From Candidatus Hydrothermales bacterium (GTDB lineage Bacteria > Hydrothermota > Hydrothermia > Hydrothermales > JAJRUZ01), in NCBI GenBank assembly GCA_039630575.1, contig JBCNUW010000010.1:1-64000 (forward strand): a DNA stretch of 64,000 nucleotides, in the 5' to 3' direction. Below, in pieces: positions 51,076-60,510 of this stretch. The position numbers and the translations under genes were made by a program. The notes below the pieces were generated by a model. That model had not been told where the DNA came from. It saw only the letters and a list, made by a program, of their open reading frames with translations, and did no database searches. Each line of letters begins with the position of its first letter. The stretch's first letter is position 1.

Positions 51076-51870
51076 TTAGGGTAAGGGAAATAAAATTACA
51101 AGGTAAAGAAAATAAAAGTAAATAGAAAATAGAAGTGAATCTATTCTATCAAGAAAACCACCATGACCTGGTAAAAGGTTTGAGGAATCTTTAACTCCCA
51201 TTTCTCTTTTAAACATTGATTCCCATAGATCACCAGCAAGTGCTGATAAAGAGAGAAAAGTTGCAATAATTATTCTTCTAAGAATACTCTCTCTAAGTAA
51301 GAGAGCAAAAATTATAGAAAAAATTAAAGTTGAGATAAAACCTCCTATTAAACCTTCTAAAGTTTTACCTTGAGACACTCTCTCCCATAGTTTCCTTTTT
51401 CCAAAATATATACCCGTAAAGTAGGATAAAGAATCGAAAACCCATACAGATCCAAAAAGAAAGAGAATTTCTTTAACTCCATATAGGACTTTTAACTGAA
51501 AAAGTAGGTAAGATGGTATTAATAAGTAAAAAACTGAAACTAAAGCTGCTGATAGGAAATTAAAGCCTTTTCTTTTTTCTGCATAGATTAGGGAAATCAA
51601 AAAGAATATAAAAATTAAGAAAAAAGTTAAAAGAATTCTTATATTAGAAAATAAAATTAATAAAGGAAAAAAGATTAAATTAAGTATAAAAATAATGTAG
51701 GGTCTAATTATAAATCCAGCTCTATAAAGAATCTTTAAAAACTCAAAGAGAGAGAAAAAAAGGAAAATATATATAAGAACAAAGAAAGAAAAGTTGCCCA
51801 AAAGTGTTAAAACAAGAACTAAAAAGATTGAAATTAAACCTGTTAATACTCTAAGCGGTAATTTTCCCAA
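51076..51870 (-). CDS. cdsA: Phosphatidate cytidylyltransferase
   Basis: [50 protein letters not shown]. Confidence 0.95.
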   Translation of the reverse strand: MGKLPLRVLTGLISIFLVLVLTLLGNFSFFVLIYIFLFFSLFEFLKILYRAGFIIRPYIIFILNLIFFPLLILFSNIRILLTFFLIFIFFLISLIYAEKRKGFNFLSAALVSVFYLLIPSYLLFQLKVLYGVKEILFLFGSVWVFDSLSYFTGIYFGKRKLWERVSQGKTLEGLIGGFISTLIFSIIFALLLRESILRRIIIATFLSLSALAGDLWESMFKREMGVKDSSNLLPGHGGFLDRIDSLLFSIYFYFLYLVILFPLP

Positions 51871-52537
51871 ATCTTCTCACTCGTTTTGAATATTCTTTAA
51901 TCGCATTAACAAAATCTTCCCTTCTAAATTCAGGCCAATATTTTTCGGTAAAATAAAGTTCAGTATAAGAAAGTTGAAAAAGAAAAAAGTTAGAAATTCT
52001 CATTTCTCCACTTGTTCTTATTAAAAGATCAGGATCAGGAATATTAGGTACATAAAGATATTTTCTAAATTCATCCTCACTTATTTCCTTTTTCCCATTT
52101 TTTAAAATTCTATTAACTGCGTCAATTATCTCCCTTTTCCCTCCGTAATTTATTGCAAGAATAAGGATCATGTCCTTGTTTTCTTTAGTTCTATCTATTA
52201 CCTCCTCTATAATTTTTCTTGTACTTTTAGGTAATTCCTCAATTTTCCCCATTACTATTACCTTTATTCCATTTTCAACCAAATTCTTAAGCTCTTTTTT
52301 TGCAACAGATTCAAGGAGACTAAAAAGTCCCTTAACCTCTTCTTCTGACCTCTTCCAATTTTCTGTAGAAAAAGTAAAGAGTGTAAGGTATTTTATCTTA
52401 AGTTCTCTTGCTACCTTTATTATTTCTCTTACTGATTCCACTCCTTCTCTGTGTCCTAAGAGTCGTGGTAAATTTCTTTCTTTTGCCCATCTTCCGTTTC
52501 CATCCATCACAATTGCCACATGTTCAGGTATTTTCAT
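51851..52537 (-). CDS. uppS: Undecaprenyl diphosphate synthase
   Basis: [41 protein letters not shown]. Confidence 0.97.
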   Translation of the reverse strand: MKIPEHVAIVMDGNGRWAKERNLPRLLGHREGVESVREIIKVARELKIKYLTLFTFSTENWKRSEEEVKGLFSLLESVAKKELKNLVENGIKVIVMGKIEELPKSTRKIIEEVIDRTKENKDMILILAINYGGKREIIDAVNRILKNGKKEISEDEFRKYLYVPNIPDPDLLIRTSGEMRISNFFLFQLSYTELYFTEKYWPEFRREDFVNAIKEYSKRVRRFGKITA

Positions 52538-53088
52538 TCTTCCATTATTTCTTTCTCTTTAAGTTTAATTATTTCCTCTATTTCTCCTATTTTTTTCTCT
52601 GTTAAATTCTCGACTCTTTTTTTCATAATCTCTGCTTCATCTTCTGATACTTCTCCATTTTCTTTTTTTTCTTTTATTTTGTCCATCAAATCTCTTCTTA
52701 TATTTCTTAGAGCAATTTTTGAGTCCTCACCAAATTTTCTTACAAGTTTAGCAAGCTCTTTTCTTCTTTCTTCTGATAAAGGAGGAATCGGGATTTTTAT
52801 TATACCTCCCTCAACTTTAGGAGTAAGCCCTATTCCACTTTTTAATATTGCCTTTTCAATCTCTGCTAGTATATTTTTATCGTAAGGTTTTATCACAATT
52901 AACTTAGGTTCTGGAATACCTATTCCTGCAATCTGAATAATCGGTATCTCCTGGCCGTAGTAATTTACCTTGATGTTTTCTAATATATGAGGTGAAGCCC
53001 TTCCTGTTCTTAACCTTTTTAATTCGTCCTTCAAGGCATTAATACTTTTTTGCATCCGACTTTCACCGTCCTTTATTATTTCTTCCAT
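52534..53088 (-). CDS. frr: Ribosome recycling factor
   Basis: LRTGRASP, YYGQ, IPPLSEERRKELAK, RNIRRD. Confidence 0.97.
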   Translation of the reverse strand: MEEIIKDGESRMQKSINALKDELKRLRTGRASPHILENIKVNYYGQEIPIIQIAGIGIPEPKLIVIKPYDKNILAEIEKAILKSGIGLTPKVEGGIIKIPIPPLSEERRKELAKLVRKFGEDSKIALRNIRRDLMDKIKEKKENGEVSEDEAEIMKKRVENLTEKKIGEIEEIIKLKEKEIMEE

Positions 53089-53101
53089 TTTTTTTAAACT
53101 T

Positions 53102-53122
53102 TAAAAGGATTTGAACCATCTA
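53102..53122 (-). promoter_or_regulatory. T-arm-like hairpin TAGATGG-TTCAAAT-CCTTTTA in frr leader (copy 4)
   Basis: Core on minus strand 53117-53107, 18 nt upstream of ATG 53088; spacer TTTTAAAGTTTAAAAAAA has no SD. Confidence 0.6.
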
Positions 53123-53150
53123 TTCATTTTATCAAAAATACCTCCTCATT

Positions 53151-54005
53151 TCAACTAAAATTTACTTCAAAAACAGGGTCACATGATACTGTGTTTTTTA
53201 AATTATCTATCCCTTCCCTGCATAAACCTATCTTTTCTGTGTAGTTTCTTGCTTCCTCAACAAATTCTTCTAAAAGCTCTCTCCTATAATCGTAACTTAA
53301 ATACCTATAACCCCTTAATACTTTTTTTTCCCATGGAAGATTTTCAATGTATGGGAAAGTTTTCTTAATTCTTAGAAAATTGTCAGGTTTTGCCTTATAA
53401 GTTGAAAAAACTACCATAAAGATACCCTCCAAATTTTTTAAAATATTTCTAATTACCTCCCTTTTGTCATTATAAAGAGGTATAATAGGATCAATTCTTA
53501 CGCATACTTTAACTTTCTCCTTTAAAAGTTTCTTTGCTGCTTCTATTCTCTCTCTTACTGGAGGAGCGTTTATCTCAACTTTACTTGCAATTTCGTCTGA
53601 ATAATGAGTTATTGTGAAAGAAACAGTAGCATTTACTTCTTTTATTATATCTATATCTCTTAATACTAACGGAGATTTAGTTATTATTGAAATTTTAAAA
53701 TTATTTTCTTTCAAAAGTAAAAGTGTTCTTCTGGTTAAAAACATAAAACTTTCTATTTTAGGATAAGGGTCAGATGATGAAGATAAATTTACTGGATATT
53801 TTTCTTTTATCTTTTCAATATCTTTTTTTAATTTTTCAATAAAATTTTTCTTAAATCTTATTTGAAATCCATCCTTTATGTAGCTTGTTATATAACAGTA
53901 GGAACATTTATGACTACAACCTGTATAGGGATTTATTGTATACTTTCTCTCACAGGTACAAAAAGTTTTACTTTTGAAAGGATCAAAAAAATTTAGATAT
54001 TTCAT
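53151..54005 (-). CDS. Radical SAM protein, spore photoproduct lyase-like family
   Basis: NPYTGCSHKCSYCY, SSSDPYP, ITKS, RIDPIIP; extra Cys at both termini. Confidence 0.8.
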   Translation of the reverse strand: MKYLNFFDPFKSKTFCTCERKYTINPYTGCSHKCSYCYITSYIKDGFQIRFKKNFIEKLKKDIEKIKEKYPVNLSSSSDPYPKIESFMFLTRRTLLLLKENNFKISIITKSPLVLRDIDIIKEVNATVSFTITHYSDEIASKVEINAPPVRERIEAAKKLLKEKVKVCVRIDPIIPLYNDKREVIRNILKNLEGIFMVVFSTYKAKPDNFLRIKKTFPYIENLPWEKKVLRGYRYLSYDYRRELLEEFVEEARNYTEKIGLCREGIDNLKNTVSCDPVFEVNFS

Positions 54006-56305
54006 TAATCAGTTTTGAAAATTTTATAATACCTTTTAAGTTTTGAAATTACTTTTTGATGAACTATCTCTGGTTTTTTATTGAAAGCAACCCTTATAGC
54101 TTCGTCAATATTTTTTATTGTAATAAGTTTTAAAACTCTTTTTTTCGTTAAATCAAAAACTTCATCTTGAAGACATAAATTTTTTAAATTAGATTCGGGA
54201 AATAGAACTTTAAAGGTTCCTTTATAGTCAATGTACTTTAAAGTTTTTGCGATTCCTTCTATTTTTTCATTTATTCCACCTACTGCTTGTATTTCTCCAA
54301 ATTGATTAATTGAACCTGTTATTGCACAATTTTGATATACAGGTATTTCAGAAAGGGAAGATATTACTGCAACAAGTTCTGCTGCTTGTGCACTGTCTCC
54401 TTCAACTCCCACGTAGGTTTGTTCAAAGACAATTCTTGCGGTCATGTATATTGGTATTTTTTGCCCATATTTATAACCTAAATAACCGCAAAGTATCTGT
54501 GTTCCTTTTGTATGTATTGGTCCTGACAGTTCTGCTTCTCTTTCAATATCTATAACACCCTCTTTACCTGCGAAGCAGGTAGCTGTAATTTTGACTGGTC
54601 TACCAAAACTTATCTCCCCATAGGTTAGGACTGTAAGTCCGTTAACGGTGCCTATTTTTTTCCCCTCAAAATTAATTGATATTGTTCCTTTTTTAATCCA
54701 TTCATAATAAGTTTGTTCTATTTCGCTTTCTTTAAATCTGTTTTTTAAAATTTCTATTATATGGTGATTTTTAATTTCCCTTGTGTTTTCTTTTTTCGCA
54801 ATAAAATCTGCTTCTCTCAGGAGATCACATATTGCACCGAAATTTGTTGAAAGTTTCTCTTGATCACCTGCTAATCTTGATGAATACCATATTATTTTTC
54901 CCAAAGCTTTTCTATCAGGATAAAGAAGTTTTTCTTTATCACAAAATGTTTTTATAAATCTCATATAATCATTTATATTTTCCTCATTGATATCCATAGA
55001 AGATTTGAATTCTACATGAACCTTAAATAATTCGTTGAAATCAGGATCGTTTTCTTTTAGACTGAAGAATGTAGAGGGTGATCCAATAAGGATTACTTTT
55101 CCGTTGAATGGTATTGATTCTGGTTTTATTGTTTTTGTTGTATGAATATTTTCCTCTTCAGAAACATTTTCTATAAGGATTTTACCTGATTTTAAAGTCC
55201 ACTTTAAAAAGGTATAAGCAGGTTCAATTTTTAATATTTCCTCTGCAGGTATTATTAAAAATCCTCCATTTGCCTTATGGAATGCTCCAGGTATTATACC
55301 TGAAAAGTCTAATGTAGGATTTTCGAGAGTTCTTTCAATTCTTCCTATTAATCTTGAGAGTGTTGGGTGAGTTTCAAGAATGATTGGTGCTCCTTTTAAA
55401 TTTGAGTTATCTATAAAAAGGTGTATTTTATATTTTTCTTTAAAATATAGGTAAGCTTCATCTGGTTTTGAGGTGATATAGTCAATATTTTCTAATATAT
55501 CTTGAACTGAATTTAGGACAAATTTTATAATCTCCTTGTTATTAAGATATTTTCCAATAAGAGGGGGGAAAATTGTCGATAGTGTTTTTGCACCGAAATT
55601 TGAAAGTAAATCTCTAATTTTAATTTTAAAATTTGAATTTAATTTTTCTATTTCATTTAAAACTTTATTCAACTCTTTCCTTATTTCGTTAATTTTTTTG
55701 TCAAATTCTTCCTTTTCATTTTTAGAAAGATCAAAGTATTCCTCAGGTGTTAATATTTTCCCTCGAGTTAATGGCAAAAAGTCAAATCCATTTTCTTTTT
55801 GTTTTATAAAAATTCCGAGTTCCGTGGCTTTTCTTCTTACATTATTTAAAAGTCTCTCTCGCTGAGCAATAAAATTTTCTAAAATTTTTTCCTTTGCTTC
55901 GTTGAATTCTTTAATCTTTGTTATTGCTTTAACTTCCTCAAGACTTTCTCTAATTGTATCTTCCATATCTTTTTTAAACTTTTTACCCTGTCCAGCTTCA
56001 AGGAATATTGCCTTTGGTGAGAAAGGATTTTCATGAGAGTATACATAAATTACATCAGGTGGGGGAGGCAATTTTTCAGCTATTTTTGAAACATATTCAA
56101 GAACCATACTTGTTCTTCCACTTCCCGGTTTACCTGATACAAATATATGATGTGTTTTTGAGCTTATCCTTAAACCAAATTCCATGCTCCTTAATGCTTC
56201 TTTTTGACCTATGAACCCTTCAAGTGGCATAAGTTTATTAAGATTTCTTCTTGGTATTTTAATAAATTCTATGAAACTTAGATCTTTAATTTTAAGAGTT
56301 TTCAT
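54005..56305 (-). CDS. LonC-type Lon (S16) protease with degenerate AAA module
   Basis: IGQKEA, GKPGSGRTS (Walker A Lys to Arg), PGAFHKANGG, SGPIHTKG, FEQTYVGVEGDSA (catalytic Ser), GGINEKIEG (Lys). Confidence 0.85.
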   Translation of the reverse strand: MKTLKIKDLSFIEFIKIPRRNLNKLMPLEGFIGQKEALRSMEFGLRISSKTHHIFVSGKPGSGRTSMVLEYVSKIAEKLPPPPDVIYVYSHENPFSPKAIFLEAGQGKKFKKDMEDTIRESLEEVKAITKIKEFNEAKEKILENFIAQRERLLNNVRRKATELGIFIKQKENGFDFLPLTRGKILTPEEYFDLSKNEKEEFDKKINEIRKELNKVLNEIEKLNSNFKIKIRDLLSNFGAKTLSTIFPPLIGKYLNNKEIIKFVLNSVQDILENIDYITSKPDEAYLYFKEKYKIHLFIDNSNLKGAPIILETHPTLSRLIGRIERTLENPTLDFSGIIPGAFHKANGGFLIIPAEEILKIEPAYTFLKWTLKSGKILIENVSEEENIHTTKTIKPESIPFNGKVILIGSPSTFFSLKENDPDFNELFKVHVEFKSSMDINEENINDYMRFIKTFCDKEKLLYPDRKALGKIIWYSSRLAGDQEKLSTNFGAICDLLREADFIAKKENTREIKNHHIIEILKNRFKESEIEQTYYEWIKKGTISINFEGKKIGTVNGLTVLTYGEISFGRPVKITATCFAGKEGVIDIEREAELSGPIHTKGTQILCGYLGYKYGQKIPIYMTARIVFEQTYVGVEGDSAQAAELVAVISSLSEIPVYQNCAITGSINQFGEIQAVGGINEKIEGIAKTLKYIDYKGTFKVLFPESNLKNLCLQDEVFDLTKKRVLKLITIKNIDEAIRVAFNKKPEIVHQKVISKLKRYYKIFKTD

Positions 56306-56331
56306 ATAATTTTATTTTATAATAATTTTAT

Positions 56332-57684
56332 ATGGGATTAAAAGGACACCCTTCTGAAAAATTTATCCTCATTTTACTCGATGTTATATCCCTTTTTCTT
56401 GGTTTTAAAACAGCCTATTGGTTTAGGTTTGAAAGTTCAATAATACCTCTTTGGCGGCAATCTGTACCCTATGAAATTTATTTTAAGTCTTTTCTTGTGG
56501 TTTTTATCTTAGGACTTCTTCTTTATCTCTCAAAGGGTATTTATGAAAAGGAAAAAAATCTTACAACCTTTGATTCATTTTTTGAACTTATAAAAATAAA
56601 TTTTTTATATCTTCTTTTTGTAACTTTAATATCATTTTATTATAGACAAATTGTTTATTCCCGTCTTACAGTTCTTTTTTATTTTATATTTGTTACTTTC
56701 TATCAGTTTATCTTCAGGATTCTATATAGAAATTTTTTCAAAATTTTATTTAAAAGGGGAATTTGGAAAAAGGAAGCGATTGTTATCGGTGAGGGTGATA
56801 TTCTAAGGGCTTTAAGGTCAAGAATTGAAGAAAGACCGGATCTTGGATTAAACATTTCAAGAGTTTATACCGTCAACGAATTTTTTGAGAATAGTATCGA
56901 GTCTAAAGATGATACCATATTAATTTTAGCTCTTCCCTTTGAAAAGCAAATTTTAATACCTCAGATTATAAGAAAGTTTGAAGGAAAAAAGCTTGAGATC
57001 TATTTTGCCCCTGATATTTATGAACTTATGCTTATGGGAGCCGAAACTTTTTATCTGAATGGTATTCCTCTCCTAAAATTAAAGGAAAAAGGGTTAGCTC
57101 CTTTTCAAAGTTTTGTTAAAAGATCTTTTGACATTATTTTTTCATTGCTTTTCCTAATTATTTTTTCTCCCTTGTTTATCTTATCAGCTATTCTTATAAA
57201 GCTTACTTCTAAAGGTCCTGTATTTTACAAGCAGGATAGAGTTGGAAAAGATGGGAAGATCTTCAAATTATATAAATTTAGAACTATGTATGAAGGGGCA
57301 GATAAAGAAAAGGAACCAAAGTTTACAACTCCCTCTGACCCAAGAGTAACAAAAGTTGGGAGAATTTTAAGAAAATTTAGCATTGATGAATTTCCTCAAT
57401 TTATAAATGTTTTAAAAGGTGAAATGAGTATAGTGGGACCGAGACCTGAAAGACCTTATTTTGTTGAAAAGTTTAAAAAAGAAATACCAAGGTATGATGA
57501 AAGACACAGAGTCAAGGGAGGAATAACTGGTTGGGCTCAAGTTCATGGTTGGAGAGGGGATACCTCAATAGAGGAAAGATTAAGATATGATTTATACTAT
57601 ATTGATAATTATTCCTTTCTTTTAGATTTAAAAATAATTCTAAAAACTGTAGCCATATTTTTTTCTCAGAAAAACGCTTATTAG
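56332..57684 (+). CDS. Undecaprenyl-phosphate glucose phosphotransferase (WcaJ-like)
   Basis: KRSFDI, FKLYKFRTM, DPRVTKVG, DEFPQFINVLKGEMSIVGPRPE, GITGWAQV, DLYYI. Confidence 0.9.
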   Translation: MGLKGHPSEKFILILLDVISLFLGFKTAYWFRFESSIIPLWRQSVPYEIYFKSFLVVFILGLLLYLSKGIYEKEKNLTTFDSFFELIKINFLYLLFVTLISFYYRQIVYSRLTVLFYFIFVTFYQFIFRILYRNFFKILFKRGIWKKEAIVIGEGDILRALRSRIEERPDLGLNISRVYTVNEFFENSIESKDDTILILALPFEKQILIPQIIRKFEGKKLEIYFAPDIYELMLMGAETFYLNGIPLLKLKEKGLAPFQSFVKRSFDIIFSLLFLIIFSPLFILSAILIKLTSKGPVFYKQDRVGKDGKIFKLYKFRTMYEGADKEKEPKFTTPSDPRVTKVGRILRKFSIDEFPQFINVLKGEMSIVGPRPERPYFVEKFKKEIPRYDERHRVKGGITGWAQVHGWRGDTSIEERLRYDLYYIDNYSFLLDLKIILKTVAIFFSQKNAY

Positions 57685-58973
57685 AAAAATTTTTCGAATA
57701 TTAAAAAATGGAAAAAAGAAACTGTCAAAAAAATAAGGAGGCTCTTTAGTAATTTAAATTTTATGAATCTGTAAGATATGAAAATTGTTATTAGTGTAAA
57801 AAGAGTTTGTGATATAAGAAAAGAAATTCCAGCTCCTTTAATACCAAAAATGGGTATTAAAATTGAATTTAAGATTATTGAAAGAGGAAGGAGTATAATC
57901 TGATAAGGGATAATAAAAAGATGCTTATTCTCTGCAATTAAGAAAGAATAGAAAAAATAGCTCAATGTTGAAAAAGGAATAAATTCAAGCAAAAGTTTTA
58001 AAAGTGGTAGTGCTGGTTTGTACTTATATAGAAAGTTATTTATTATGAAACATATAATCGGGTTTATGGATATAATTAAAACTGATATAAATAAAAGATA
58101 GGCAAAAATCAGAAAATCTTTTTCAATAAACCTTTCCAACGAACCTTCTAATGCTTTTTTTCTTGTTAGAAAGGGAAGCAAGACAACAGCAAAGGCTACA
58201 GGAACTTGAGAGATTAAATTTAAGAAATTTAAAGCCATCACATATATACCAAAACTTTCTCTGCCATAAGTTCCGAGTATGAATAATCTATCAATTGAAA
58301 ATAAAAAGATGTTGAGAACTCCAATAAAAAAAATTGGAAATCCTACTTTAAAAAGTGATTTTATATCTTCAAAATTTAATTTTATTCCTAAGAAAATTTT
58401 TTTAGTTATAAAAAGGGCTAAAAAAAACAAAACAAGGTGTGAGAGGGCAAAACCCAAAACTGCTCCCTCTGCCTTGAAAAAAATTGAAAATATTATAGCA
58501 AAAAAAATAACAGTAACAGAATCAAAAATATTCAAAATAGAAAGTCCTATAAAATTTTCTAAGCCTTTTAAGGAAAATTTGAATAATTCCTTAAAGAAAT
58601 AAAGTGGAACAAATGGAAGTGTTAAAATGAAAATTTTTTTAAAAAAAGGAGAAGAGTTTAATGAAAATATCAAAATAATAAAAATACTTATAATAGAAAC
58701 GTAAATTGTAAAAGAAAAAACCGAGTTTAAAAGTGATTGAAGTTTTTTGTATTCTCCTAAGGCTTTAACATAAGGAATTTCCCTTTGAAGACCCTGAAAA
58801 ACTCCAAGTTGAAGATTTATTATATAAGAGATAATTAATTTATAGGCTGAATATCCTCCGTATCCATCTGGTTCAAGAATTTTTGCTACAAAAAGGGTTC
58901 CTAAAGCTGTTAAAACGATTGAGAACACATTTGAAGCAGCTAAAAGTAAAGTATCCTTGATAATTTTTCTCAT
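57681..58973 (-). CDS. Wzx-like oligosaccharide flippase (MOP family)
   Basis: About 12 TM; AKILEPDGYG, IDRLFI...FGIY, LIPIFGIKGAG. Confidence 0.85.
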   Translation of the reverse strand: MRKIIKDTLLLAASNVFSIVLTALGTLFVAKILEPDGYGGYSAYKLIISYIINLQLGVFQGLQREIPYVKALGEYKKLQSLLNSVFSFTIYVSIISIFIILIFSLNSSPFFKKIFILTLPFVPLYFFKELFKFSLKGLENFIGLSILNIFDSVTVIFFAIIFSIFFKAEGAVLGFALSHLVLFFLALFITKKIFLGIKLNFEDIKSLFKVGFPIFFIGVLNIFLFSIDRLFILGTYGRESFGIYVMALNFLNLISQVPVAFAVVLLPFLTRKKALEGSLERFIEKDFLIFAYLLFISVLIISINPIICFIINNFLYKYKPALPLLKLLLEFIPFSTLSYFFYSFLIAENKHLFIIPYQIILLPLSIILNSILIPIFGIKGAGISFLISQTLFTLITIFISYRFIKFKLLKSLLIFLTVSFFHFLIFEKFF

Positions 58974-58990
58974 TTTTTGTATATTTAATA

Positions 58991-59626
58991 GTGAGAAGAT
59001 TTCCTCTATTATACGGTATATGGGATGCAGAAGATAATAATTTTCTTTATAAAATTGAAAGGTCCTTTCTTGGTGGTGTTGGTATTTTTCAGTTAAGAAT
59101 TAAAGGTAAAGATAAGAGTTATCTTTTTAATCTGGCGAAAGAAATAAAAAAAATAGCTGAATTTTATGGTGTTATGTTTATTATAAACGATCACCCTGAT
59201 ATTTGTATTGAGGTTGATGCGGACGGTGTCCATATAGGTAAAGAGGATGAGGAAATATCTTATGTGAGGAAAAAAATTGGCAATAAAGTTTTGGGAGTTT
59301 CATGCTATGATAGTATAGAAAGAGCTAAAGAGGCCCAAGCTAAAGGTGCTGATTATGTTTCTTTCTCTTCACCTTATCCCTCTCCGACTAAAGTGGATAA
59401 AAAAATTGTTCCCCTTGCTTTATTAAAAAAGGCAAAAGAAATTTTGAATATTCCGATGTATGTAATAGGAGGTATAAACGCGGAAAATGTCTCTAATTTA
59501 CTTAAGGAGGTTAAATGTGGGGTATGTTCAATATCTGGAATTTATAAAAGTGAGGATCCCTTTTTTAATGCATATAAAATTAGGGAGAAACTGCTTTTTT
59601 ATCATGAAGGTTCTCTCACCTTCTAA
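58991..59626 (+). CDS. thiE: Thiamine phosphate synthase
   Basis: QLRIK, IINDH, DGVHIGKED, GVSC, GADYV, SPTK, IGGI. Confidence 0.92.
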   Translation: MRRFPLLYGIWDAEDNNFLYKIERSFLGGVGIFQLRIKGKDKSYLFNLAKEIKKIAEFYGVMFIINDHPDICIEVDADGVHIGKEDEEISYVRKKIGNKVLGVSCYDSIERAKEAQAKGADYVSFSSPYPSPTKVDKKIVPLALLKKAKEILNIPMYVIGGINAENVSNLLKEVKCGVCSISGIYKSEDPFFNAYKIREKLLFYHEGSLTF

Positions 59627-60437
59627 AGTTAATTTTGGTTTATGGGTTTTATATAAAAGGAGTGATGGTTTTCACGAGATAAGGTCTGTTTTTTTACCTG
59701 TAGATTTGTATGATGAGATTGAGATAAATCATTCTGAGTTAATAAGAATAATTGCAACTGAAGGGCCGGAAGGAGATGAGAATATAGTGTTTAAGGTATT
59801 AAAGGTAATGAGTGAGGAATTAAATAAATTTTTAAGTGCTGATATTTTTATAAAAAAGAGTATACCGATAGGTGGTGGGTTAGGTGGTGGAAGTTCAAAT
59901 GCAGCAGCTATTATAAAAGCAGTAAATGAAATTTATGGACTTAATCTTGAATCTGAAAAACTTTTAAATATAGCTTTAAAGATTGGTTCGGATGTCCCCT
60001 TTTTTATTTTACAAGAACCTGCAATTGTAAGAGGAAGAGGAGATGAGATAGAGAGGCTAGATATTAAATTTCCTTATTATTTTTTAATTCATTATCCTGG
60101 TTTTAAAATTGATACAAGTTGGGCTTATAGTGTGATTTCAAAATTTCTTTCTAATGATTACAAAGTTAAGGAGAGGAGTTTTGAAAGTTTGGTTTCTTTA
60201 TTAAGGGATGGTAAATTTAAGGAGGCACTTTTAGTTTTGGAAAATGATTTTGAAAGAGTTGTTTTTAAAAAATTCCCTGATTATTTGGATTTAATTAGTT
60301 TTTATAAAAAAAAGGGTGCAATAAAGAGTTTTTTAACAGGAAGTGGTTCTTGCCTTGTTTCTGTTTTTGAGGATAAAATTAATATAGAGGTTAAAGAGGG
60401 GAAGTTATTTTGGTGCAAACAATGGGGCGTCGTCTAA
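59604..60437 (+). CDS. ispE: 4-diphosphocytidyl-2-C-methyl-D-erythritol kinase
   Basis: SPSKVNFGL, DGFHEI, KKSIPIGGGLGGGSSNAA, GSDVPFF, NDFE, TGSGS; start reassigned to ATG 59604. Confidence 0.93.
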   Translation: MKVLSPSKVNFGLWVLYKRSDGFHEIRSVFLPVDLYDEIEINHSELIRIIATEGPEGDENIVFKVLKVMSEELNKFLSADIFIKKSIPIGGGLGGGSSNAAAIIKAVNEIYGLNLESEKLLNIALKIGSDVPFFILQEPAIVRGRGDEIERLDIKFPYYFLIHYPGFKIDTSWAYSVISKFLSNDYKVKERSFESLVSLLRDGKFKEALLVLENDFERVVFKKFPDYLDLISFYKKKGAIKSFLTGSGSCLVSVFEDKINIEVKEGKLFWCKQWGVV

Positions 60438-60494
60438 TTGGCAGGACATGGGATTTTGGATCCCAGTGTGGTGGTTCGAGTCCACCCGCCCCAG
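60423..60494 (+). tRNA. tRNA-Gln(TTG), overlaps ispE 3' end, CCA not encoded
   Basis: Acceptor TGGGGCG/CGCCCCA, anticodon arm TGGGA-TTTTGGA-TCCCA, T arm GGTGG-TTCGAGT-CCACC. Confidence 0.95.
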
Positions 60495-60510
60495 CTTTTA
60501 AAAAAGTAAA

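Noticed and set aside
692..53117. T-arm motifs as integrase att-site scars or tRNA pseudogenes
   Set aside because: No integrase, no acceptor-stem 3' strand after the motif, no paired direct repeats bracketing foreign DNA; consistent orientation and spacing to start codons fit a leader element better, though scars are not formally excluded
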